Of a stretch of 64,000 nucleotides of DNA, positions 33,528 through 46,828 are shown in pieces. Location of the stretch: assembly GCA_031835245.2 (NCBI GenBank), contig JAVKOQ020000112.1, forward strand, positions 1 to 64,000. The letters are read 5' to 3'. The position numbers and the translations under genes were made by a program. Source of the stretch: Balamuthia mandrillaris. Taxonomy: Eukaryota. Position 1 is the stretch's first letter. Each line of letters starts with the position of its first letter. The notes beneath the pieces were generated by a model. That model had not been told where the DNA came from. It ran no database searches and saw nothing but the letters and a program-made list of their open reading frames with translations.

Positions 33528-36135
33528 ATGGAATCGTCGACCATCTCGCCTGAGCTCTTGCAAAAGTGTGTGAACACAATCCGTCTGTTGGGGTAAGTCT
33601 CATGACACAAAGATGATGGGTTTTTGTTATTGGCTTTTGTTTTGTTTCTTTTTTCAAGTGTTTCTTAGCCCCAGCGTCAGTGGTTTCTAACTTGGGTGGT
33701 ATTGCAGGGCTGACCAGCCGCAGATCGCCAACAGTGGACACCCTGGTGCTCCCATGGGCATGGCTCCCATCGCTCACCTCTTGTGGACTGAGTTCATGAA
33801 CTATTCTCCCTCCAACGACAGATGGGTACCTTTCTTCTCTTCTCTCTTCGTTTTTTCTCCTCTTCTTCTTGTTCTCTCTTCTCTCTCTCTCTCTCTCTCT
33901 CATTTTTCCATTATTCATCACTTGCATTTTTGCAAAAAAAAAAAAGTTCAACCGCGACCGCTTCATCCTGTCCAACGGCCACGCCTGCGCCTTGCTCTAC
34001 TCCATGCTCCACCTGACGGGCTACGACCTCTCCCTGGATGACCTCAAGGCCTTCCGTAAGGTAGACAGCAAGACGCCTGGCCACCCCGAGGCTAACCACA
34101 CGCCCGGCGTGGAGGTCACCACTGGCCCTCTCGGCCAGGGTATTGCCAACGCTGTTGGCCTTGCCATCGCAGAGGCACACTTTGCAGCTCGCTTTAACAA
34201 GCCTGACTGCCCTGTCATCGACAACTACACCTATGTGTTCTGTGGTGATGGCTGTCTGCAGGAGGGCGTCTCTGCGGAGGCCAGTTCTTTGGCTGGACAT
34301 TTGGGTCTTGGCAAGCTCATCCTCTTTTACGATGACAACCACATTACCATTGATGGTCTTCCTCTCTCCTCCAAATTACAAGCAACAATAGTGCTGATTT
34401 GACAAACCAACAACAACAATAGGTGATACGGACCTTTCCTTCACAGAGGATGTGTTGCAGAGGTACAAGAGCTATGGCTGGCATGTGCAAGCCGTGGAGA
34501 ACGGTGACGAAGATTATGACGCCATCCGCCGTGCCATTGCCGAGGCCAAAAAGAACACCGACCGCCCTTCGTTGATCAAGGTCCGCACCACCATTGGCTA
34601 TGGCTCTGAGAAGGCAGGCACGGAGAAAGTGCACGGCTCTCCCCTTGGCAAGGAAGATCTCGCTGGAGTTAAGAAGAAGTTTGGCTTTGACCCTGAGCAA
34701 AGCTTCGTGGTGCCAGAGGACGTCAGAGAATACTACTCTCGCTTAAAGCCTCGTGGAGACGACCTGGAAAAGCAGTGGAACGCTCGCGTCGAGGAGTATG
34801 AGCAAAAGTATCCTGACTTGGCTGCTGAGCTGAAGCGACGCATGCGCGCTGAGTTCCCTGAAGGCTGGGAGTCGGTGCTGCCCACCTCCTCTCCTGATGA
34901 TTCCCCTGCGGCCACACGCGCCCTCTCAGGTGTGTGCATCAACAAATTGGCAGAGGTCATGCCTGACTTGATTGGCGGCTCTGCTGATCTCAATCCTTCC
35001 AACTTAACCTACCTCAAGTGTTCTCCTGACTTCCAGAAGGTTTTTTTTTTCATCCCCTTTCCTTTCCTTCCTTTCCCCTTAACTCATCAACGAATTGTGC
35101 TTCTCTACAATGCATTTTAATAATAGAACTCCAAAGAAGGCCGCAACATTCGCTTTGGTGTGAGAGAGCACGCCATGAGCGCCATTTGCAACGGTTTGGC
35201 AGCCTACGGAGGCACCGTTCCCTACTGCGCTACCTTCCTTAACTTTATCGGCTACGCCTACGGTGCTGTCATCCTCAGCGCCATCAGCCAGGTGCAGGTC
35301 ATCTACGTGATGACCCATGACTCAATTGGCCTGGGAGAGGATGGACCCACTCATCAACCCATCGAGAAGTATGCTCTCTGCCGATCCACTCCTAACATGC
35401 TCTTCCTTCGCCCGTGTGACGGCAACGAGGTCTCTGCTGCCTATATTGCTGCTCTGCGCAAGAGGGATGGACCTTCCGTGTTGGCACTCTCTCGTCAGAA
35501 CGTCCCTGCTCTTCCTGGCACTTCTATCGAGGGCGCTTTGAAAGGTTTGCCTCCTTTCCTTCCCTCTTCTTCTGTTTTTCATTTTCTTTGCTGATTGTGA
35601 CTCTCTGCTCTCTCCCCCTTTCTTTCTCTCCGTTCTTGTTACAATACAAAAAGGGGCGTACGTGATCAGAGACACAGAGGGCAAGCCCGACGTGACCCTC
35701 GTCAGTACAGGCACTGAAGTCTCCCTCTGCACATCCGCCGCCGACAAGCTCCAAGCCGCTGGTTGCAAGGTTCGTTTCCATTGCGTTCTACTCTTGCTCT
35801 TCTACCCCTTAACCAAAACGAACAAATAAAAGGTGAGAGTGGTGTCGATGCCCTGTTGGGAGCTCTTTGAGGAGCAGTCCACCGAGTACAAACACTCTGT
35901 CTTCCTTCCGGACGTCCCCGTGTTGAGCGTGGAGGCCGGTGCCACGCAAGGATGGAGCCGATACGCTCACGCCTCCCTTGGCGTGGACCGCTTTGGTTAT
36001 TCCGGCCCCGCAAAGGATGTCTACGCCAAGCTTGGCCTTACCGTGGATAACATCTCGAAGCAAGCCAACAAGCTGATTGGATTCTTTGAGAACCGTCCTG
36101 TGCCTCGGTTGTTGGAAGATCCTCTGGCTGAATGA
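33528..36135 (+). CDS. TKT: Transketolase
   Basis: [62 protein letters not shown]. Confidence 0.98.
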
Positions 36136-36250
36136 ATGGGCTAAAAACGAAGAGAAGGAAGGGAATAAAAGAGCAAGTTATCTATCTGAATTGGTTTTTT
36201 TTGAGGGTGTGAGCTAAACAAGTTCCCAAGTTTTTTAAAAAGACATTGTT

Positions 36251-37185
36251 TCAACGAGCTCTTTGCTCTGCTTCTTGTTGTTCGAAAGCTTGCTTGAATC
36301 TCTGCTCGTATTGGTGAACACCAAAGTTGTGAGAAAGAAAGAAAGAAAAAGCAGAAAGCGAGGATGAAATAACCTGTTTGGTCAAGGCGGAGCATCTTTC
36401 GAGAGCTTGGACGGCAGCAGCGCAGGCCAATGGGTCCTTATTGGTCTGGTAGCATCGAAGGCACTGCTCCTTCTCCTCTTCGCAGCCCATGTCTATGCCG
36501 CGTTGTCTATTTTAACAAAAATATTGTGAATCGAAGAGAGAGAGAGAGAGAGTCAAAAGGAAAGGCGAGAGAGAGAGAGAGAGAGAGAAGCAGACGAGAG
36601 CGAGAAGAAGGAAGAAGTAGAAATAGAACAAGGCACAAGATGGAGGGAGAAGAGTAGCGAAAGAAGAAGAAAATTACATCTTGTAATTGTCGGCAAGCCG
36701 GTCCATGAACTCCTCCATCTTGTAAATCTGCTCGGCCTCACGGTTCTCCTGCTCCCTGCGGACGTCGTAGAAATGCTGCTTGACCTCACGCAGCTTCTTC
36801 TCCATTTGTTGCTGGAAGGGAGCGAGGTCCAGTTGGTTGGGCGGAAGTGGAGAAGGAGGTTGATGACGACCATACCCGCCGCCGTATTGTTGCTGTTGTG
36901 GTGGGTAAGGAAGCTCTTCCGCTCTTCTCGGTGGTTGACGAGGCTGGTGTGGTGGAGGATTGCCAAACATCTTCTCGGCTACATTTGGAGTCACCTTTTT
37001 TGTTTTGTAAGCGAAAAAAAAAAATAACTTTATAACCCCAAAATCAAAAAAAAAAAAAGACGTACAGAGATGGAAAACTCTTCATCGTCTCCGGTAGATT
37101 GCAAGACCTGCTCCTCTTCCTCGTAGATCTGGTCTTGCCAGGCCCTGTCTTCAGTCTCTCTGATGGTTGACGATGAAGCGCCCAT
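36251..37185 (-). CDS. Mic19/CHCHD3-like mitochondrial MICOS protein
   Basis: N-myristoylation start MGASSS, central coiled coil, and C-terminal twin CX9C-type CEEEKEQCLRCY...LACAAAVQALERC. Confidence 0.65.
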
Positions 37186-37584
37186 CTTTCTTTTTCGATT
37201 TGTTCTATTCTTTTTCACGTCGACCCGAAGCTAACTGCTCTCGACCCGTTCCAACCTAATAGTTCCCTCTGTGTTAGGTTTAAAATTTTTCATGGAAAAT
37301 CAAACTTTGTTTCCACCAATTCTTCACGAAAATTCGCCGTACAATCAGGCAAAAACTCAAATCAAACGACGCCAAAATATCCTCAGTCTCCCGCGAGCGC
37401 CATCCTCTCTCTTCCTCGAATAGCGCTGCAAAAAGCTAGTGCCTCCCATCCCTTCCCTCTCGCTCTCTTCTCTTGCCTTTTTTTTTTCTAAATTATTTGA
37501 AACAGAAGGAACATTATAACAGCCTACTCATTGGAATATACACACAATACCCTTTTTCTCTTCTGTTGTTGTTACAAAAAAAAG

Positions 37585-38139
37585 ATGGCCAATGAAGAAA
37601 GTTACGACAGGTTGAAGCTGGCCGCTCGCGACCCCGCCTTGATGAAAAAGTGCACCGATTTGATGCTGCGGGAGGGCACCAAGGCTGGACTCTTGACTTC
37701 TGGCATCGCCGGCTCCACTTTCCTGGCTCTCAACTGGATGCGTACGTCACAACAAAAAAATACAAAATCAATCCAACCCGCAGTTTGCTTTGCTTTGATT
37801 TCTAATCTCATTTTCTTTATTTTTTCAGTGCCAAATCTGAAAAACTCGATGGCTTTCTTCATGAACTGGAGAGGACAAGTCTTTCTTGTTTGTGGTAACT
37901 ATTTTTTTTCTATTTTTTTATTTATTTTTTTTTATTTTTTTTATTTATTTTTTTGCTGGTTAACGCACTCGCTCACTCGCTTCGCGCTCACTTTGGAAGC
38001 CTCCGGTGTGGCCGCCTTTTGGATCAAGGGAGAGAAGAGCCTGATCAAATGTAAACATCAACATGACGAGGAGATCATGGCAAAGGTCATGCGCGCTCAC
38101 TATGCTGACAACAACACCAAGGCCAAATCCAAAGAGTAG
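37585..38139 (+). CDS. Small two-helix membrane protein, ENOD93/Rcf2-N-like
   Basis: Three exons: CTDLMLREGTKAGLL...ALNWM / NWRGQVFLVC / ASGVAAFWIKGEKSLIKC. Resembles the early nodulin 93 family pattern. Confidence 0.55.
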   Translation: MANEESYDRLKLAARDPALMKKCTDLMLREGTKAGLLTSGIAGSTFLALNWMRTSQQKNTKSIQPAVCFALISNLIFFIFSVPNLKNSMAFFMNWRGQVFLVCGNYFFSIFLFIFFYFFYLFFCWLTHSLTRFALTLEASGVAAFWIKGEKSLIKCKHQHDEEIMAKVMRAHYADNNTKAKSKE

Positions 38140-38259
38140 ACAACAAAACAACTCTTACTTCGTTTTTTTTTTTAAATATGTTTGAATGTACATTACCTTT
38201 TCCTTTCTTTCCAATACCGCATACTCCTTTCAACGCCAACTTCAACATAAAAACGCATC

Positions 38260-38943
38260 TCATCCATTAAACGCTTGTTTGGACCAGTTTGCTGCTGCCA
38301 CTTCACGTTTCGCATCAACAACAAATGTATCAGCATTTATTGTGAAGATAAGACGAAGAAGCCAGCAAGCAAGAAGAACAACAAGAACAAGAACAAAAAA
38401 AAAAAAAAAACGGAGAACGAAGAAGAAAGAACAAGAGTACAACAAGAAAAAGAAACAGGAAGACTAACAGTATCGACAAGAACTCAAAGAGAGATGAGAG
38501 AGAGAGAGAGAGAGAGGAGCAGAGAAGCAGAGAATAGAGACATCGAGAATAAAAGAGGAGAGTAGAGAGAGAGGAGAGAGAGAGAGAGAGAACGTACATC
38601 GCCGTTGTTGAGCCACTGAGACACGTTTGGGATAGGGCAATGACTTACTCCGCGAGTTCGGAGGCCAGAATGCACTGTTGGTTGGTTTTAAATCATCAAA
38701 CAGTGAGGAGGAGGAAAAAAGAAAAAACAAAGGAAAAAGTAAAAGGAACGAACTTCATGGAGGGCAAAGGAAGTTCTTTGAAGTAAGGATGCTCCAAGGC
38801 CTCAGCAGCAGTGATGCGCTGGGTGGGGTCATAGTGGAGCATCCTTGTTAACAGGTCAAAAGCAGCGCTGTCCGCACTGAGGTTTGGCAGAGCCTTGTGC
38901 AACGTGTTGCTGTATCTGTATATTTATTAAAATCAAAATTTGC

Positions 38944-38975
<32 letters not shown>

Positions 38976-40052
38976 CAAACCGATCAGCAAATTCATTTTG
39001 AATGCGTTTCCACTCAGGAAGACCGACCACATCTGGCCAATCCGTAGCGGTCGGCTTGCCCAGGATCCGAAATATCTTCTCCACCTGGTCCGTCTGGAAG
39101 AGGTTGGGGTTCTGCGGGTCCTTCTCCTTGCCAGGAAACAGTGGCTTAGTGGTGATCAGCTCGGCAAAGATGCAGCCGATGGCCCATATGTCCACCGCCT
39201 TGGTATAGTGCTTGGCCCCGAGGAGGAGCTCTGGGGCACGATACCAAATGGTAACCACCACGCCGTTGTCGGAGAGCGGTCTCATAGGTCCTTGGAAGAT
39301 GCGCGCCAGCCCAAAGTCTCCTATCTTCACGGTGCCTACGTCCTTGCCCTCGCCCATGACCAGGATGTTGGAGGGCTTGATGTCGCGGTGCATGATCCAG
39401 TTGGCGTGCAGGCACTGGATGCCGTTGAGGAGCTGCCACATGAGGGACTTTATGGTGTAGGCCGTCAGCCTGGTGCCGTGGTCTTGGTGGTAGCGTATGA
39501 TTTCCTGGTTGTTATGTTGTTAAGCGGTTGGTGATGGTTGAATAGGAGCAAAAGAGATAAGAGGCAAGAGAGAGACAAACCAACCAAACAACAAACAACC
39601 ATCAGAAACGAAGAAGGAGGAAAGAGGGAAGCGAGAAACGTACAAAGAGGTCATATTCGGCGTACTCAAAGACCATGTAGAGAGACTTTTCTTGGGGGCT
39701 GAGAAAGATGTCCTCCAAGCCCACTATGTTTTGGTGTTGTAATTCTCGCAGCAGCTAGTATTTATTCAGGAGAGAGAGAGAGACAGAGAGAGGTAAGAAG
39801 AAGAAGAAAAAGACCGGGTGGAGAGAAAAAAAAACGTACCGTGATTTCTCTGCAGGCAGTCAGGGAGATGCCCTCCCCTTCTTTGGTGTTTTTGAACTTT
39901 TTGATGGCCACCCGTTTGTTGGTCTCCACGGAGGTGGCCTTGTAGACCAACCCGTAGGTTCCCTCCCCTATCATGTCCTCCACCTCATCCCACACATACT
40001 TTTGGCGTATCCTCGGTCGTTTCTGCACGCGTGACCTGTCCACGAACATCAT
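38260..40052 (-). CDS. CDK8: Cyclin-dependent kinase 8 (Mediator kinase); position of last exon uncertain
   Basis: [77 protein letters not shown]. Confidence 0.93.
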
Positions 40053-40192
40053 CTTCTCTCTCTCCACTTTCTTTTTTTTGTTGTTTATTGTCGACATTCA
40101 TTATTGTCGACATCAGCACGCCGTGTCGACACGAACTGCGTTACGTGAAGCAAAAAGCCAGCGAGAGAACACAGAGAGTCTGGAGTGCTATC

Positions 40193-43100
40193 ATGGATCT
40201 GATGGGCCCAGCTGCGGCAGGGGGCTATGGCAATGACCTCTACCGAGCGGCTCGGCGAGGCGAGACGGATGACATAGAGCACATCTTGGAAGAGACCGAG
40301 GTCACGGTGGACCGACGCGACACCAGCGGCTGGACGGCCCTGCACCACGCCAGCCTCGCCGGCCAGGCCGACTGCATGGCGGCCCTCCTGCGTTGGGGAG
40401 CCGATGTGAACGCTGCTACGACGAGGGAGGGGCACACCTCCCTCCATCTTGCCTGCTTGGAGGGGCACCTGCCTTGTTTGTCTCTGCTCAACGATTGGGA
40501 AGCCTTCCTGCTGGAGCTCAACAAGAATGAAGAATGCCAGGCAGACGAAGGAGGAGGAAGTAACGCGAGAGTGGATGTCAATGCCAAGGACTATGAGAAG
40601 GGAAGCACGGCCCTTCACTTGGCGTTGGAGAGGGGCAACCTGCAGTGTGGCAGGTTCCTGCTGACGAGGGAGCCGCTGTGTCGGCGTGTGAAGATAAATG
40701 AGGTGGACCACTACGGCAGAACCCCGCTGCATTTGCTGGTGGAGAAGAGGCAGGATCCTGCTTTCGTTGTTTGGCTGCTCTCTCGTGGTGCTCGTGTACT
40801 CTCTGAAGTTGTGGTTTGTTTCTGCTTGCTGGATGCTTCTTGCTGCTTCGTTTAACCAACACTCGAATGCAGTTACCAGCGTCATGGGATACGACCCCTT
40901 GGGAGAAAGCGTGCTCGCAGCAGCCTGTCCCTCGTCCGGAGAGCTTTCAACCATTGTTGCGAAAAGAGGAGGACGATGTTTGCTTCCAGGTGGAAGGCTC
41001 GGAGCATCTCATCTTCTGCAACAAACAGCTCTTGTGTGAGGAGTGCGAGTACTTTAGGGCCATGTTTGGTAGCTCCATGCGGGAGGCACAGTCTTCGTTC
41101 ATCCCCTCCTCTGCATGCGACGATGAGGGCAGTGGGCTAGTGCAAAATAAGTTCCAAGGCTCTGCTGTATTTGTGAAAGACATCACTGAAGGATCTTTTC
41201 TTGGCGTTCTGGAGTGGCTTTACACAAAGTCGCTTTCCACAACCGACTTTGAGCTATTGTTGCAGATATGGTTCTCTCTTCCCCCCTTCTCACTCTGTCC
41301 TGTCTTGCTACCTTCTTCTTTTGTCTGTTTCTCTTCTCTTATTCATTGTACATGCAGGCAGGACAGCGAGATGTATTATCTGGAAGAGCTTAAGCAGTAC
41401 TGCCAGCGGCGGTTGTTGCAATACTTTAGAGAGAGCAAAGACATGCAGCAACATCACGATAAAGATCCAAGCCATCTCTTTCAATACTTGTTGGCCGTGT
41501 TCGAGGCGATGGACCCTGAAACTACAAAGGAGGATGCAACAGAAGAAGACGATGATGGAGACTCCATTATTTTCGACAACTGCGCAACTGCTCATGAACG
41601 ATGGGATGAGTTAAACTCTGTTATGAGGGCCATTATAGCCAGCTGCATTCTGCAACGACTGGATAAGGTGCTTCTCTACTATGACGGAGACCTCATCGAC
41701 CTGGTAGGACGCTTGTTCAGCGTTCTGGCCATGCAACCTTACGACCCTCATGTATATCCTCCTGCTGACGAGCATTGGTTAAAAGACATAGAAGTGTGGA
41801 GGCAGAGACAACCCACTGAACAGGATATCAATGGCTCTCTCCACAAACCTTCTTTAACCGATGAGCAGCATTCCACCAACGCTAAACAAAGGCAAGATGA
41901 AGACGAAGGTATGAAAATGCTTTGCTTTGATGGAGGAGGCATGCGAGCTCTTCGGCAGATTGCTATCATGAGGGAGTTGGAAAGGAAGACGAGAGAGGAA
42001 GGGCAAGAAGGTGCGTCCGGAATCTGCTCCAACTTTGATGTGATATGTGGAACCGGGTTTGGTGGACTTATTGCTCTGAGTATTGGCATTGGAAAGACTT
42101 GGGACGAGATGACCGCCCTTATCTGGGCCATATTTCACCGAGTGTTTGCGAAGCCATTAGGTTCTCTACCTCTCTTTCTTCCACGTCCTTTTTGTCTTTC
42201 TTGCTTCTTGTTAAAATGGAGCAACTAACTTTGTATATTCATCTACACCGCATTTCAAAAGGATATCTTCGTTGGACTCTAACAGGGACCCATTATGATG
42301 CGGCAGCGTTAGAGCACATTTTCGAGGAGTACTTTGGAGCAGCAACCATGCACGATCTTTTACAACCAGAACGAAACTGCAACATAATGGCCATTGCGCA
42401 ACGTATGGATGTACATCGGCCGATACTTCTGTGGCCTGGAGCGACACCCTCTCTCCAACAACAGCAAGAGGTCGCTTTGGGAGGAACAAAGGGGGAGGAA
42501 GAGGAAGAAGAGGATATGGTTCTACCCTGCACCCTTCTTAGGGATGTAGCGATGGCTTTGGTGGCATCACCAGGGCACTTTCCATCCAAACCATTAGGTA
42601 TGTTTCATTTGATTCTTTTGTTGCTCTCTTTCGTACTGTGCTCGCTCGCTCTCGCTCTCGCTCTCTCTCGCTCGATCTATCTCTCTCTGCGCCAAGGAGA
42701 TGCTCTTATTTAATCTTCTCATATTGATTAGAGATGAAAAATGGATCAAGGATACTAGTGGGAGATGCTAGCTCTCTTCATCACAATCCCAGCTATGTTG
42801 CCCTAACTGCTGCTAGACGGCTGCGGCCCCATAGACGAGTTAGCCTCCTACTTTCAGTTGGTTGTGGCCGTATGGACCCTTCCTTCTCCCCTGGGCAAAG
42901 CTTCCTCTCTTCTCTTCTTGTTCCACCAACCTTTTTGTGGAACCGCAAAACAAAAGTCACACCTGCAACCTTTGATGAACAATCTCGTGGTGCCACATTA
43001 CTCGCTAGTCTATTGTTGATGGAAGGACGACAACAGCGGTGGGAGCGGCTACGGCGGGGCTCCTCACCACCGCATTGCTTCCGCTTTTTCACACATTTAT

Positions 43101-43591
43101 CTGCACATAACTTCTCGCAAGAACACTCAGAAGATGAGGAGTGGCATCTTCTTCCTCGTGGCCTCAATGGTAACAGAAACAAAAAACAACTGTCCGCCTA
43201 TTTTGAAGACGTCTCGCTGAAGGAGAAGTGCGAGAGAGGTATCCAAGAAGACGACCAGGAGGATGAATTGTTGGAAGGCTTTGTAGTCCTAAATGCAACT
43301 GCAACGAGCATTGAAAATGGAAAAGAAGAGTGCAGTGAGTCGTGTTTCAAGGAAGGAATTGAGGAAGAGGCTTTGTACGAACGGATGTTGGATCGGATAG
43401 ACGTGTTGGTGGCAAAGGATGCCAAAGAAGACGGACGAGGATACCAAGCTTGTGCAAAGTATTTTCGGCTCAACCCAAGAGATGATCGGATACGTTGGAA
43501 TGAGTCCAATGCAGAGTTATTGCGCGACAGTGTGGCATCATGCAGTCGTTGGATAAAACGGATAAATCCTTCTCTCGTCTTTCACCCTTGA
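40193..43591 (+). CDS. Ankyrin repeat - BTB - patatin-like (catalytically degenerate) protein
   Basis: Ankyrin: GWTALHHAS, GHTSLHLAC, GSTALHLAL, GRTPLHLL. BTB: DVCFQVEG...CEYFRAMF. Patatin: LCFDGGGMR, FDVICGTGFGG, LVASPGHF, GDASSLHHNP, LLLSVGCG. Confidence 0.8.
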
Positions 43592-43638
43592 ACGTTTGTT
43601 TGTAAAAAAGTATGTAAAATACAGAATAAAGTAGAGCC

Positions 43639-45250
43639 CTAAATGTTGGAAGTGTTGCGAAGGATGGTTGATATGGATTGTTGCAGTTGTTTATCCCATG
43701 ACCATCGACCAATGCTTTTAGCCACCTCCGCAATGCCTTCTTGTTTCATTTGTGTTGCTGCTTCCTCTGTTTTAATGGCATTAAATAGTGAGGACAGAAG
43801 AGAGAACTGGAGGGAGAGAGGCTTAAACAAACTGTTTTTGGATAAGGAAGCTAAAGTCTGGAGATAGAGTAGTCGTAAAGTTGAATCGCGGGTTTGTTTG
43901 AGGATCTCACAAAGCTGAGAAACCGCTTGGGTGTGGAGAAACTGCTTATGAGTAGATTCTGGATTTTTCATGGATATCAGTTTGTGGGATTGTGTCATTC
44001 ATAGAGAGAGTGCACAAACCATTGGTTGCCACATTGCACAACGTTTCAGCAATGTTTTTGTTACAATCAGCATCCCTTTCTGGCCGCAGCAATAAAGAGA
44101 TGAGAACAGGAAGGCCATTGTGATTGCAGATTAGCTCCGCGTTGTGCTCTGTATGATTGTAATAACGTTCAGTTCGTCATAGGTGATAGAAGGAAATTGG
44201 AACAGTAGCAGCAGCAGTACCATTATGCGACAATCTAGCTAATGCCAATGAAGCACGCAAGCTGTCCTCGGAAGTATGAGAGGATGCCAAAGCCAACAAT
44301 TTGGGAATAAGTTGCAACGTGCCCAACCGATGTTGAAATGTGTCGTCTAAAGAAACCAAACAAAATCACGCCAAAGTCAGTAGAAGAAAGAAAGAGAGAA
44401 AATAGGAGACAGTACCAGAATTAGCCAAGGTGATAGCCAGCTGGAGAGAATGACGTTGGAGAGGGAGATCTTGCTCTTGGAGAATACAAGACGTGAGACA
44501 AGAAACATCCATCTCCTCGGCTATCTGTCGTCGAGTATCATCATTAGTGGCGGCTAGGGTAGCTAAAGAGGCTGCAGCCATTTTCTGATAGGAGGGTGGG
44601 CTATTTGCAGGATCCAATGGACAAGCCATGTATGTTTCAAAGATAGGCAATACGCGCATTTCAATGAGTCTTTCTTGCCACCGTCCTTTAGAAACCAAGG
44701 AACAAGGAACATGAGTCAAGTTGAAACCGAAGAAAGGAAAATCAATAGTGAACATACCATCCTTAACCATTCGTTTGAGTGTTTTAACAGCATAAAACCG
44801 TGCGGTTGGTTGTTTCTCGTTCTTTATACGTTGCTTCCACGTTGGATCGGCCACTACCAGCAACGGGCTTAGACATCCATGACTAACCATCGATTCTCTG
44901 TGTTGCTCTTTGTGATGCAATGCAAACGACGATAAGAAAGCAATAAAAATAAAAGATATGGGGAGGAGGGAATCGAAATACTGTTTTTGGATAGTGTGGC
45001 AAAGGTTTGGCACGCAATCCGCTGTGTCAGCTTATCCGAAGAGAGTGCCAACATCTTCAGAGAACTTAATGTTCCTTGAAAAGAAAGCAATTTACTTTGG
45101 TAGGCTTCTATACTCGTTGATAGAGTAATATAGCATTAGATTCAAAGTGACGCGAACGAGGGAAAGAGCGTTCCATACCATTGTTGAGCAAATTTTGAAG
45201 AGCGCTTGCAGCGGTTCTGTGAGCCTCTTTCTTATTTTCCATTGCTAACT

Positions 45251-45296
<46 letters not shown>

Positions 45297-45854
45297 TTAA
45301 ACAGACCATAATGGAAAACAAGAGCCGACCTTCAAGAATGGTGACATGTTTGCTTGTCCAAAGAAAACCTGTTGATTATATTCTAGTATGAAGCAATGGA
45401 AAACTCATTTAGAAGAGAAACACAAGAGCAAAAAACAACGACATTAGATAAGCATACCAGGGATACACAACAACGCCACAAAATGGCTAGCAAAGAAGGC
45501 AACGGTTGGATCTCTATGCTCCGTTAACTGGAGCAACAAAGATAGACCGCCTGGTGCGAGCTTAACACCCTCTCCCTTTTCTGTTGGCAAAGCGAGGAGT
45601 GTTTAGGAGAAGAATGTGGAGGGGTTATGAAGAATTTTAAAGGATACCATAACAAGAAGCGGTCAGGGTGCACAGCATTTGAAGACAACGTTGTAAAGAG
45701 TCCAAGTCTGGAGGTGCTGCCAGCATCTCAAACAAGGTTTTCCCTCCTTCTGCCATTATATGTTTGTGATTCTTTTCTGCCAGGGATGGGAGAGAGCGCG
45801 CCACATCATTGTTTAGCAAAACTTCAATAAAGTTGAGAAGGAGAGAAGGAGAGA

Positions 45855-45898
<44 letters not shown>

Positions 45899-46035
45899 GG
45901 AAGTACCGAAAGAGGAGAGCATGTGCAAGGCCCAAACGCCTAAAGACTGCATTTGCTTGTCCGAGGACTTGAGCATATCGACGGCACGAGCTATGAACCA
46001 TTCACCTGTTGCCATTGTGGTAAGCATACGAGCGA

Positions 46036-46093
<58 letters not shown>

Positions 46094-46244
46094 TCATCGT
46101 TGTCGACGTACTCCAAACAAAGGGAACGGTGCCGACGGCAAGCAACGACGCCACAAAGGCAAAGAGTATGCCTCTCCCTCGTCGGCTCTGCTTGCCAGGG
46201 TGCGACAGCGTCAAGCTCTGGATGCGCCCCCTCAACACCGACAT
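43639..46244 (-). CDS. Armadillo-repeat protein with N-terminal basic/hydrophobic targeting segment (start uncertain)
   Basis: Many short exons with ARM-like helices (LGVWALHMLS, AASLATLA, ASLALARLS, LQTLASLS) separated by GT-AG introns. Confidence 0.65.
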
Positions 46245-46828
46245 GGAGGCATAGCCAGCAGCATCTCCTCTTCCTCCTCCAAGCCCAACCACCACCGCTC
46301 GCCCAGCAGAAGAAGAAGAAGAGGCAACCCCCACAAGCGGCGTGGAAGAAGGCTTTGCGGCCAACAACAGCGGCCAGGTGCGTCGGCTTGGCCGCTGAGC
46401 GGAGGAGGAGAAGGAGCGGCAGGGAGGGAGGGAAAGCAGAAGAGAGGAGGAAGTGGAGCGAGAGGGAAAGGCATGACAACAGGGCCGAGAACGAGCATAG
46501 GTGCGCGGCAGTACTTCGCCCCAAGGCAGAACAGCCGGTGTGCCGCAGCAACGCACACCACCCCGCAGCATGATCGAAGGGAAGAGACTCCTTTCTGGAT
46601 TAAAACTATTTTTTTTGGGTTGTTACACCCTTATTATTATTTTCCTGTTGCCCTTTTGTGTCCCCCCCCCCCCTTCTTCAGTGATTTTGATGAAGCAATC
46701 TAACCACGCACTCACCTTCATAAAGTGGAGGGGAAAAAAAAACAAAGAATGTACGAAGGAGGATTATTTTTTTGGTTCATGCAGCGAGAGAGGGGCTGAT
46801 TTTTTGATTTTTCATTTTTTGAGTGTTT

